NCBI GenBank assembly: GCA_902607805.1
Contig: CACLLR010000001.1
Span: 15,992 to 79,991 of the forward strand
From: an uncultured Pelagibacteraceae bacterium
GTDB lineage: Bacteria > Pseudomonadota > Alphaproteobacteria > Pelagibacterales > Pelagibacteraceae
Direction: 5' to 3'
Length of the DNA: 64,000 nucleotides
Part shown: in pieces, positions 15,405 to 24,074 of the stretch
Numbering within the stretch: position 1 is the first letter of the stretch
Layout: every line of letters begins with the position of its first letter
Program-made: the position numbers and the translations under genes
The notes under the pieces: generated by a model
Database searches by the model: none
Told to the model about the DNA's origin: nothing
The model's input: the letters and a program-made list of their open reading frames with translations, nothing else

Positions 15405-16166
15405 TTAAAATATTTTAATAAATTTCTTATTTTCTTTTCTTATTTTTAAAAGATCTATTTTTTTATCGATATTAAAAAAGTATCCTTTATGAAAGTATGA
15501 TAATAATTTTTTTTCTTTAATTATTCTATTTAAAAAAGAAGTTTCTAGCTCATAATTTTTTGAATAATATTTATTAAATATATTTTTAGTAAATAAATAA
15601 TAACCAATATTTATAGGCATTGATAAAATAGGTTTTTCAAAAAAATTTTTCACTAGTTTATTTTTATTAATATCTAAATGGCCATATTGTGATTTAATTC
15701 TCGTGCTAGATAAGATTAATTTTTTCGTTTTAATGTGTAATTTATAAATATTTGATAAATTAATATCAGATATACCATCTCCATAAGTAACAAAAAAAAT
15801 ATCTGTATTTATATAACGTAAAGATTTTTTTATTCTTGTCAATTTTGATACATTTTTTCCAGCATCGAAAATACTTAAATTTATACTATTTTTTTTTAAA
15901 TTATCATTATTTGAAATTATTAAATTTAGTTTATATTTACCAATTCTTTTCTTTTTAAAAAAAAAATCATAAAAATATTTTTTTTTATATCCCAAAGGTA
16001 AAATGAAGTTGGAAATTCCATTTTTTTTCATTAGAATTAATATATTTTCAATAAGAGTTCTTTTATATATTTTTATTAATTGTTTGGGTGGTTCGTTTAA
16101 TTTAGAATATCTTGTGCCCTTGCCTCCTAATAATAAGATGCAGGATAAATTATTTAAACTATTCAT
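15405..16166 (-). CDS. Sugar-1-phosphate nucleotidyltransferase (RfbF/cytidylyltransferase-like)
   Basis: LLGGKGTRY...PPKQL, VTYGDGISDI, FFEKP, INIGYY. Confidence 0.82.
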   Translation of the reverse strand: MNSLNNLSCILLLGGKGTRYSKLNEPPKQLIKIYKRTLIENILILMKKNGISNFILPLGYKKKYFYDFFFKKKRIGKYKLNLIISNNDNLKKNSINLSIFDAGKNVSKLTRIKKSLRYINTDIFFVTYGDGISDINLSNIYKLHIKTKKLILSSTRIKSQYGHLDINKNKLVKNFFEKPILSMPINIGYYLFTKNIFNKYYSKNYELETSFLNRIIKEKKLLSYFHKGYFFNIDKKIDLLKIRKENKKFIKIF

Positions 16167-16172
16167 ATTCTA

Positions 16173-17399
16173 TTATATCGATTTGTATAATTCTAAATAT
16201 TTCTTTGCAATTAATTTACTATCAAATTTAGTACTTACAACTTTTAAACAATTAATTAAAAAAAATTTATTATCATTTTTTATATTTTGTAAAATCCAAT
16301 TTATGCCTTCATTAAAATCATCTTGATCCATATATTTTGAAAGATAGCCGTTATATTTATGTTCTATAATATCTGAAATTCCAGTTTCATTAAATGCAAC
16401 TGTAGGAATTCCACATGAAGCACCTTCTAGAGCTACTTGACCAAATGCTTCTAAAGAACTTGGTGCCAATATCAAATCACATGCTGAATAAATTAATTTT
16501 AATTCTGTAGGGTCGCCATCTAAAATTTTATCTATAACTTTATATTTATAATTCTTATTTCCTAAATTGCTTCCTTTGCCAAGAATTAATAGTTCAAAAT
16601 CTTTTCTCTGATTTGATAAATTATTTAAAGCTTTATCAACAAAAGCAAATCCTTTTCTATTATCATTAATACCATTTGTAGAAACAAATAAAAATATTTT
16701 TTTTTCAGATGGTAAATCTAATATTTCTCTAGCTACATTTTTCTCAACAGGTTTCCATGTGGATAAATCTAAATTACAATTAATTTTTGATATATTAACA
16801 TTTTTAAATAATTCGCTTTCTGAAGCTTTATTTTTTAACCATTCACTTATACAAACTATTTTTTTAATTTTGGATTTCCAATTTTTTTTTTTTTTATTCC
16901 AGATCCATCTGTTTAAATCAAATCCATTTATATCTTTATTGTTTTTATGGTATCCCTCTTTATATCTTTTTGAATCAGTATAATGTTCGCCACCACACAT
17001 AGGCCACATATCGACGAAAGTCCAAACAATAGGTTGTTTAATTTCTTTTATCTGGCCAATAGACAAAAGTTCATTATTAACCCAATGAAGGTTAACTATG
17101 TCTGGATTAATTGAATTTATTTTTTTTACTATATTTGATCTAAATATATTTAATGAATGTGAAAAAGGATCATTTTTATTGAAAAAATATTTTTTTTGTC
17201 TAACTAAAATTTGTTTTATATCATTTACAATGATCTCTAGTGATTTATTTGGACCTATAACATCTGGATCATTTGTAATTTTTTGAGCAACTAATACTTT
17301 TGAATCTACATTAATATCTACTAAAGATTTATGAAGCCTCATCATTGCAATGGCTGCTCCTCCTTTGGAATCGGAATATCCAACGTGCAAGATTTTCAT
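16173..17399 (-). CDS. Glycosyltransferase family 4 (WcaC-like)
   Basis: GGAAIAMMRL, PDIVNLHW, PIVWTFVDMWP, EAFGQVALEG. Confidence 0.9.
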   Translation of the reverse strand: MKILHVGYSDSKGGAAIAMMRLHKSLVDINVDSKVLVAQKITNDPDVIGPNKSLEIIVNDIKQILVRQKKYFFNKNDPFSHSLNIFRSNIVKKINSINPDIVNLHWVNNELLSIGQIKEIKQPIVWTFVDMWPMCGGEHYTDSKRYKEGYHKNNKDINGFDLNRWIWNKKKKNWKSKIKKIVCISEWLKNKASESELFKNVNISKINCNLDLSTWKPVEKNVAREILDLPSEKKIFLFVSTNGINDNRKGFAFVDKALNNLSNQRKDFELLILGKGSNLGNKNYKYKVIDKILDGDPTELKLIYSACDLILAPSSLEAFGQVALEGASCGIPTVAFNETGISDIIEHKYNGYLSKYMDQDDFNEGINWILQNIKNDNKFFLINCLKVVSTKFDSKLIAKKYLELYKSI

Positions 17400-18175
17400 T
17401 TTATTTCAGTTTCTTTTTTTAATTGTTCTACTTTAATTTTTTTGTGTAAGCTGTTATTTTTATTATACAAAAGTTTAAAATAAATTTTTTTATTTACTGA
17501 TATAGTTATATTTTTTGCATTCCTTACCTCAAAATTATCAGCTACAGCGCTTATTGGTCTTTTATGAATATTTAAATTTTTTATGTATATTTTAGATTTG
17601 TCACTAGTAATTAATCCCTTCCATCTTCTTGGTCTAAAAGGACTAATTGGGGTAATAGCAATTTTTTTTGAGTCTAAATTTAATATGGGTCCGTGAACAG
17701 ATAAATTATATGCTGTACTTCCAGCTGGAGTTGATACAAGAACACCATCTGATATTAATTTTTTTATTATTGGAACTTTTTTATTATAAATATTAAGATT
17801 TGCTGCTTGTCTACTTTGTCTCAAAATTGACACTTCATTAATAGCAATAGATTTTTTAATTTTATTATTTTTTGATTTAACAGACATCTCGAGAGGATAA
17901 ATTTGCAATGATTTAGAATTAATTAAATTTTTTGTAGGATTTTTTTTTGAAAACTTATTCATTAAAAAACCATAATTACCAGAATTAATTCCATAAAAAG
18001 GTTTTTTATATTTATGATATTTTTTTAATGTATGAAGCATAAAGCCATCTCCACCTATCACAATAATTATTTTTGCTTTAACAATATTTGTAATAGTAAA
18101 TATCTTTTCTAAAAAAGATTTAATTTTTAAAGAGCTCTTTGTTTTATCAAAAACTATATTTACTTTAGGTTTCAT
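17396..18175 (-). CDS. nadK: NAD kinase
   Basis: IGGDGFML, AINEV, DGVLVSTPAGSTAYNLS. Confidence 0.93.
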   Translation of the reverse strand: MKPKVNIVFDKTKSSLKIKSFLEKIFTITNIVKAKIIIVIGGDGFMLHTLKKYHKYKKPFYGINSGNYGFLMNKFSKKNPTKNLINSKSLQIYPLEMSVKSKNNKIKKSIAINEVSILRQSRQAANLNIYNKKVPIIKKLISDGVLVSTPAGSTAYNLSVHGPILNLDSKKIAITPISPFRPRRWKGLITSDKSKIYIKNLNIHKRPISAVADNFEVRNAKNITISVNKKIYFKLLYNKNNSLHKKIKVEQLKKETEIK

Positions 18176-18179
18176 CTAT

Positions 18180-18265
18180 TGGTGCCCTCGGCCAGACTCG
18201 AACTGGCACTCCCAAAAGGGCAAGGATTTTAAGTCCTTTGTGTCTACCAATTTCACCACGAGGGC
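18180..18265 (-). tRNA. tRNA-Leu (TAA)
   Basis: GCCCTCGTGGTGAAATTGGTAGACACAAAGGACTTAAAATCCTTG...variable arm...GTTCGAGTCTGGCCGAGGGCACCA. Confidence 0.96.
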
Positions 18266-18369
18266 ATGAGTTAATTTCATGAATATTTATGCTAATATTT
18301 ATAATTGAACAAGTTTAATAAGTAAATTTTTTTATTTTATCTACTTAGATCTGAGAATTTGTGAAATAA

Positions 18370-19539
18370 TTAACGACTTAAAACTTCATTATAAATTTTT
18401 ATATATTGATCTGAAATATTATCATACGAAAACTTAGAAATTGAATTTTTACATTTTTCCGCTATTTGAGCACTATTTTGTTTCTCTAACCATTTGATAC
18501 CATCTATAAATTTTTCTACGTCAACTTCGTCACAGACATAACCATTTTCTTTGTGGATTATTATGTCTGTCAAACCTGTATTTTTTAATATAATCGCAGG
18601 AGTTCCACATGCAGAAGATTCGCTCGCTATTTGACCAAAGGCTTCGTTGTCGCTTGGTATGGCTGTTATATCAACTGCGTTATAGATTGTTGAAAGCTCT
18701 TCTTCAGTTTCAATAAAACCTGTTTCTAGCAAATTAATATTATTAGAAAATTCTAATTTATTTTTTAAACTTTTCTTTTCACCACAAATAACTAAATTAA
18801 TTTTCTTTAATTCAGAAAATTTATTTAAAACTTTTAATAAAAAACTGAAATTTTTGTTTTTTTTAAAAATTGAATTATATGAGCAAAAAAGTATTGTTAA
18901 ATTATTGTTTAAATTAATTTTTTTTTTACATTCAAGTTTATTTTTAATATTAAAATGTTTAGTATCTAAAGGATTATTTATAAATGACAATTTTTTATTT
19001 TTTAAAACAGAGCTTAGTTTAGCTTCCTCCATTAATTTTTTACTTACAGCAACAAAACGAATATTTTCAATTTGGCTATAAACTATTTCTTTTGCTGTAT
19101 ATATTTTTTGATTTGAAAAATCATTTAAAAATTTATTGTCTTCAGGGTAATGATAGCCTCCTGAAAAAGGCCAATAATCATGCATTGTCCAAACTATTGG
19201 TTTTTTAATCTTTATAAGATCTTTAATACTAATCATTCCAGCATTAATCCAATGCAGATGAACAATATCAGGATTTTTAATTTTTATTAATAATGGAATA
19301 TACGAAAATGGTACAGAATTAGACGAAAAGGTTGTATTTGTAGATTTGTTCATGCTGCTTGATAAAATTTTATCAATTATTGAGTATGGTTTTGATAACA
19401 AATTTCTAAAAAATTTATTCTTATCTTTAAAAAAAAATAATTCTGAATTAACTTTTTCTTTGAGAGAAGAATTTATTCTTTGAGCAGCTATTGCAGCACC
19501 CCCACTATCTAATGAATTTAGGTGTAATATTTTTATCAT
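18370..19539 (-). CDS. Glycosyltransferase family 4 (WcaC-like), second divergent paralog
   Basis: GGAAIAAQRI, PDIVHLHW, PIVWTMHDYWP, EAFGQIASES. Confidence 0.9.
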   Translation of the reverse strand: MIKILHLNSLDSGGAAIAAQRINSSLKEKVNSELFFFKDKNKFFRNLLSKPYSIIDKILSSSMNKSTNTTFSSNSVPFSYIPLLIKIKNPDIVHLHWINAGMISIKDLIKIKKPIVWTMHDYWPFSGGYHYPEDNKFLNDFSNQKIYTAKEIVYSQIENIRFVAVSKKLMEEAKLSSVLKNKKLSFINNPLDTKHFNIKNKLECKKKINLNNNLTILFCSYNSIFKKNKNFSFLLKVLNKFSELKKINLVICGEKKSLKNKLEFSNNINLLETGFIETEEELSTIYNAVDITAIPSDNEAFGQIASESSACGTPAIILKNTGLTDIIIHKENGYVCDEVDVEKFIDGIKWLEKQNSAQIAEKCKNSISKFSYDNISDQYIKIYNEVLSR

Positions 19540-19723
19540 TTTTTATATAGTTTGTTTAAATAAATTCTAATTTCCGGTCCTTTTGATTTATTAAATATAG
19601 TTCATTTAAACTGGCTATTATTGTATAAGAATTCCATACTAATGGTAGTTTAATTAATGAAGTAATTATTAAAATAAAAATTATTAAATAATGATTTTTA
19701 ATAAAAGTGTTTATAACTGACAT
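19536..19723 (-). pseudogene. Internally deleted membrane-protein gene remnant
   Basis: ATG 19723 MSVINTFIKNHYLIIFILIITSLIKLPLVW... (55 aa, stop 19556); a second frame ends ...KGPEIRIYLNKLYKK-TGA overlapping the GT4 ATG (ATGA). Confidence 0.5.
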
Positions 19724-19751
19724 TATTATACAAAAATTAAAAATTTAGTGG

Positions 19752-19823
19752 CTCCAACTGGCACTCCCAAAAAGTGCAAAGATTTTAAGTCCTTTGTGTC
19801 TACCAATTTCACCACGAGGGCAT
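19752..19823 (-). repeat. Truncated, degenerate copy of tRNA-Leu 5' ~70 nt (lacks 3' T-stem and acceptor strand)
   Basis: GATTTTAAGTCCTTTGTGTCTACCAATTTCACCACGAGGGCAT identical to 18225-18267. Confidence 0.93.
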
Positions 19824-19852
19824 TCCTTTGTTTACTTGGATTTATGCCAAGT

Positions 19853-19918
19853 TTAAAAATTTAAGAAGACTAAAATAAGAACTCCTAGCATATAAATAAC
19901 TGGTATTAGCTTATCCAT
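19853..19918 (-). pseudogene. 21-codon hydrophobic sORF or 5' fragment of a small membrane protein
   Basis: MDKLIPVIYMLGVLILVFLNF*; ends in the promoter-like region of the tRNA-Leu fragment. Confidence 0.35.
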
Positions 19919-19959
19919 TTTTAAAATATATTTATTTATACTGATGAGTAAAATACTAT

Positions 19960-20001
19960 TTGATAAATATTATATAGTGGTTGATAAATATTATATAGTG
20001 G
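19960..20001 (+). repeat. Perfect 21-bp tandem duplication in GT2 promoter region
   Basis: TTGATAAATATTATATAGTGG x2 (19960-19980, 19981-20001). Confidence 0.95.
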
Positions 20002-20016
20002 ATATGTAATATATTT

Positions 20017-21123
20017 ATGGAAATTTCAGTAGTTCTCCCCTGCCTTAACGAGGTAGAAACATTAAGTATTTGTATAAAAAAGGCCAAAAAACAAATAAAA
20101 AATTTAAAAATTCGTGGTGAAATAATCATTGCTGACAATGGTAGCACTGATGGTTCATTAAAAATTGCAAAAAAATTAGGTGCTAAAATTGTAAATATTA
20201 GAAACAAAGGTTATGGAAACGCTTTAAGAGGTGGAATTAAAAAAGCTAAAGGAAAATATATTCTAATTGCTGACTCTGATGACAGTTATAATTTAAATGA
20301 TCTACCAAAATTTTATAAAAAAATAAAACAAGGTTATGATATTGTTCAAGGGTGTAGATTGCCTGCTGGAGGTGGAAAAATCAATAAAGAAGCTATGCCA
20401 ATTACACATAAATATATTGGCAATCCAATTTTTTCTTTACTAACAAGAATTTTATATAAGGTACCAATTAATGACGTCTATTGTGGAATGAAAATTTTAA
20501 AAAATAGTTTTTTTAAGAAAATAAATTTTTTTTCTACTGGAATGGTTTTTTGTTTAGAAATATTGATAAAATCTAAGATTAATAATGCTAAAATATCTGA
20601 ACTTCCAATTACACTTTTCAAAGATGGACGAAAGGTTGGTAAAAGTCATTTAAGAACAATTTCAGATGGTTTAAAAACATTAAAATTTATAATGATTTGC
20701 AGTCCTAAACTTCTTTTCTTTATTCCAAGTTTTTTATTTTTAATAATTATTCCTTTTATTACTTTCAATAGTGGAAATTTTTTAGGAAATGATTTGAAAA
20801 AAATAATCTTATTAGATTTTTTATTAATTTTTTTATCAATACAATTTTTTATGCTAGGAATTTACTCAGCATTAAGAGCTAAACAGCTTCAAATTTATAA
20901 AGGTAAAATGTTAAGTAAATTTTTTAAATTCTTTAAATTAAGATTAGCACTTATCATAGGCCTTTTAATGATATTCTTGCCATTAATATCTAATATACTT
21001 AAAATAGAAATTTTTAATGCTGACTACAACTTTATTGTTTTAAATCTTTTAATTTTGTTGGGAGTAAATTTAATTGCTAATTCATTTTTTGTTTCATTAC
21101 TTGCTATAGATGAAAATAACTAA
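20017..21123 (+). CDS. Glycosyltransferase family 2, polyprenol/dolichol-phosphate glycosyltransferase-like with C-terminal TMs
   Basis: VVLPCLNE, DNGSTDGS, GYGNALRGG, DSDDSY, DVYCGMK, DGLKTLKF. Confidence 0.88.
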   Translation: MEISVVLPCLNEVETLSICIKKAKKQIKNLKIRGEIIIADNGSTDGSLKIAKKLGAKIVNIRNKGYGNALRGGIKKAKGKYILIADSDDSYNLNDLPKFYKKIKQGYDIVQGCRLPAGGGKINKEAMPITHKYIGNPIFSLLTRILYKVPINDVYCGMKILKNSFFKKINFFSTGMVFCLEILIKSKINNAKISELPITLFKDGRKVGKSHLRTISDGLKTLKFIMICSPKLLFFIPSFLFLIIIPFITFNSGNFLGNDLKKIILLDFLLIFLSIQFFMLGIYSALRAKQLQIYKGKMLSKFFKFFKLRLALIIGLLMIFLPLISNILKIEIFNADYNFIVLNLLILLGVNLIANSFFVSLLAIDENN

Positions 21124-21134
21124 GCACTTAAGAC

Positions 21135-21782
21135 TTACATTCTAGAAAACTTTCCTCCATTTACATGAATTACAGTATTTGATAAATATTTACTATTGTT
21201 AAAAGACAAATCATAAATCAACTTAGAAATTTCTTTTGAATATAATCCTCGTTTCTTAGGATTGTTGTTTATCGACTTTTTTACATTATTTTTGTCTTTA
21301 CGATTTATTGTCATTTTAGCATCAATAATAGTAGATGGTGCTATACATACTAATTGTTGATTTTTAAAAAAAATTTTTCTCTCTTCTACATATTTATGTA
21401 TTGAAGATTTAGTAAGTGCATAAATAATATCAAAAGATCCTTTAAGACCACTTTCTGAACCTAATATAAAAATTTGAACATTCTTATTATTCAATAAAGC
21501 AATTTCACAAATGTTGATTGTCGAGAGTAAGTTTATATTCAACTGTTCTTGTATTTCTTTATAATTTTTTGATAAATGTTTTTTATTACTAAGTATTGAG
21601 TGAAAAAGATAAATTTTATCACACTTCTTAATCAAATTTATTTTATCTTTGGAGAAATTTGGATTTGATAAATTCCATTCTTTTTTAGTTGGGCTAAATA
21701 TCTTGTATTTCTTGTTTATTAACTTTTTTAAATGGAAACTAATTTTAGTCGAACCACCAGTAATTAATATGTTTTTATACAT
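21135..21782 (-). CDS. SDR family oxidoreductase (divergent)
   Basis: ILITGGS, YALTK (YxxxK), VIHVNGG. Confidence 0.75.
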   Translation of the reverse strand: MYKNILITGGSTKISFHLKKLINKKYKIFSPTKKEWNLSNPNFSKDKINLIKKCDKIYLFHSILSNKKHLSKNYKEIQEQLNINLLSTINICEIALLNNKNVQIFILGSESGLKGSFDIIYALTKSSIHKYVEERKIFFKNQQLVCIAPSTIIDAKMTINRKDKNNVKKSINNNPKKRGLYSKEISKLIYDLSFNNSKYLSNTVIHVNGGKFSRM

Positions 21783-22807
21783 TTCAAAACCTCTTTATAA
21801 GCATAAAAAATGTGGTCTATTTTACCTGATAAAATATTAATAAAATTTTCGTTATTTTTTACAATACACACTCTAGCATCTTTTTTGTTTTTTATAATTG
21901 TTCTAATGGTATACAAATTTTTTACAAATTTAAAATTATTTTTAAAATTAGGGTAAAATTTCAAAAAACCATTTAAAATTTTTTCTTTTACCTGATTTTC
22001 TTTTTTTACAGAAAGGCTTTTAAAAGATTTATGAACCCTATTAAAATTTTTTGAGATAAAAATTCTTGAATCTTTCACTGAATATAAACCAAATAAATTT
22101 TTATTCCATTTAAGTAAAGTATAAAAAGGTCCATCCATTATCGTATATGATTTTTGATTTTTATTTTTAGCTTTATAAATTGAAAGTAAACAATGTTCAT
22201 AAGTAAGATCAAGGTGTTTAATCTTAAATGATTGTTGATAAGAACAATTAATTACAAAATCATAAATCTTATTATTGATCTTAAATTTTTTATTAATTCT
22301 TTTAATTGATTTAATTTCCTTTTTTAAAAAAATATTATCTTTCAATTTCTTTTTAAAGAACTCTTTTGCTTTAATATTATTTATTCCTCTTTCATTGGTA
22401 TTAAAAGTTTTATCTATATTAACTAAATCTATTTTTTCATTGTTTAAATTAGAAAACTTTAAATTAGATTTAACCATAGAATTTTTATATAAACTTGGGC
22501 TCATTTTATTAAATTTACTTTTGGCAATAGCATAGATATTATTTTTTAAAGGTCTTGTTAGACTTGGATATTGCTTAATAAATTTCTTATATCCTTCATA
22601 AGACATTTTTCTAGTCAAAAAGGATCTTGGATAATGAAATCCTAAGTGTAATCTATTTGTATTATTTCCTGATGCATTTTTAAAAATATCATTTTCCTTT
22701 TCAAAAATTTTTACATCAAATCTATTTTGTTTTAGTTGAAATCCTATATGGCAACCAAACCATCCTGCACCTATAATAGCAATTTTTATTTTTCTATTTT
22801 GATTCAT
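21764..22807 (-). CDS. FAD-dependent oxidoreductase (DAO-like superfamily)
   Basis: IAIIGAGWFGC, ASGNNTNRLHLGFHYPRS, TIMDGPF, SGKID. Confidence 0.8.
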   Translation of the reverse strand: MNQNRKIKIAIIGAGWFGCHIGFQLKQNRFDVKIFEKENDIFKNASGNNTNRLHLGFHYPRSFLTRKMSYEGYKKFIKQYPSLTRPLKNNIYAIAKSKFNKMSPSLYKNSMVKSNLKFSNLNNEKIDLVNIDKTFNTNERGINNIKAKEFFKKKLKDNIFLKKEIKSIKRINKKFKINNKIYDFVINCSYQQSFKIKHLDLTYEHCLLSIYKAKNKNQKSYTIMDGPFYTLLKWNKNLFGLYSVKDSRIFISKNFNRVHKSFKSLSVKKENQVKEKILNGFLKFYPNFKNNFKFVKNLYTIRTIIKNKKDARVCIVKNNENFINILSGKIDHIFYAYKEVLKCIKTY

Positions 22808-22816
22808 AAATTTAAA

Positions 22817-24052
22817 TTATAAAATTAAATATAAATAAGTAAGTTTAGTACAAAAAAACAAAAATAAATAAGTAAATAATAAATTTATTTTATTAATAAT
22901 ATTATTTGTGAAAAAATCTTTTATTATTTTTATATCAAAAAATAAAAATAAACAGATTAAAAATAAGGGGTCATATGATTCCATATAAAATTGACCATCA
23001 ATTTCAAAAAATAAAAGTGTTAACAATATTATTAGATTTATAATCTTATTAATTTCTAGAAATTGATTTGTAAAATAAAAAGAAATTGCAAAAATAATTG
23101 TAAACAAAAGATTATTATTAGTTAAAAATAAATTAATTTTAAATAATATTCCGCCACCAGTAAGATAAGGGTAGTTAAAAAATTTGTAAACTAAAATAGA
23201 AAATATAATTGTAAATATTAAATTTAAATAATTTATTTTAAATTTTTTTATGGACTTAAAGGAAATTAAAGCAAAAGGTATAAGATAAAAAAATATAGTT
23301 GTATAAAATAACGCTAATGTATTAATAAAATTAAATTGATTTAAAGAGTTATAAAAAAAAACATTATTTAATATAAAAACATAATATATTGCAGGTAATG
23401 ATAAAAATAAGCTTACAAAAATATAAATTAAAAAATTATTTACATTAAATTTTTTAAAAATAAATTCATAAAAAAAGAATATAGAAAAGATTGAATAAAT
23501 TGGCCTAAAGTAAGATGCTATAGCTAAAAAAGTAATATTAAGAATCATGTATTTTATTTGATCTTGACCTAATTGAACTTTCTTAAACAAAACATAGTAA
23601 TATGCGGATAATAAAAAAAACAATATTGCTATATTTTCGTCACCTGGCCAAATTGATGTAGATCTAAAATATGGTGACAAAAAAAAGAAATTACTTAGAT
23701 AAAAAATGTAAAATATATTTATTTTAATTTTATTTTTTAAAGCTTTATAAAAAATAATTGGTGAAATTACACATATATTTAAAAAAATAAATCTGCCAAT
23801 TAATTCGCCATTGTTTAATAGGTATTTTAAAAAAATAATAAATATTGGAGAATGTACTGATTTAGTTTCTAAATAATTATTAAGTCCATACAAATTACTA
23901 TTTAAAAAAAAATCTCTAATATTTAAATGATAAATAAAATCCTGATATGCTCCTCCAGCTGAATCTTCATGAAAATAAAATCCTAAAATTAAACTTAAAT
24001 AAAAAGCAAAATATATTAAATAAATACTATTTTTATTTTTAATAATTTTCAT
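22817..24052 (-). CDS. Polytopic membrane protein, possibly GT-C-fold glycosyltransferase
   Basis: Roughly ten or more hydrophobic segments; acidic first loop EDSAGGAYQDF, SPYFRSTSIWPGDEN, ASYFRP. Confidence 0.55.
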   Translation of the reverse strand: MKIIKNKNSIYLIYFAFYLSLILGFYFHEDSAGGAYQDFIYHLNIRDFFLNSNLYGLNNYLETKSVHSPIFIIFLKYLLNNGELIGRFIFLNICVISPIIFYKALKNKIKINIFYIFYLSNFFFLSPYFRSTSIWPGDENIAILFFLLSAYYYVLFKKVQLGQDQIKYMILNITFLAIASYFRPIYSIFSIFFFYEFIFKKFNVNNFLIYIFVSLFLSLPAIYYVFILNNVFFYNSLNQFNFINTLALFYTTIFFYLIPFALISFKSIKKFKINYLNLIFTIIFSILVYKFFNYPYLTGGGILFKINLFLTNNNLLFTIIFAISFYFTNQFLEINKIINLIILLTLLFFEIDGQFYMESYDPLFLICLFLFFDIKIIKDFFTNNIINKINLLFTYLFLFFCTKLTYLYLIL

Positions 24053-24074
24053 TTTAATATGACATTATTTTAAT

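Larger units (their letters stand above)
18197..19823. mobile_element. Small integrated cassette (~1.5 kb, no integrase) bounded by direct repeats of tRNA-Leu 5' part
   Basis: 18197-18267 vs 19752-19823 direct repeat (43 bp identical, 3 substitutions and 1 insertion in the rest); cargo GT4 plus a gene remnant. Confidence 0.7.

Noticed and set aside
19752-19823. Second functional tRNA-Leu
   Set aside because: No 3' T-stem, acceptor strand or CCA, and substitutions in the anticodon stem and T-loop; treated as an att-like fragment.
19956-20207. 83-aa minus-strand ORF covering the 21-bp tandem repeat
   Set aside because: Mostly antisense to the GT2 gene; the HYIIFI repeat is just the translated promoter duplication.
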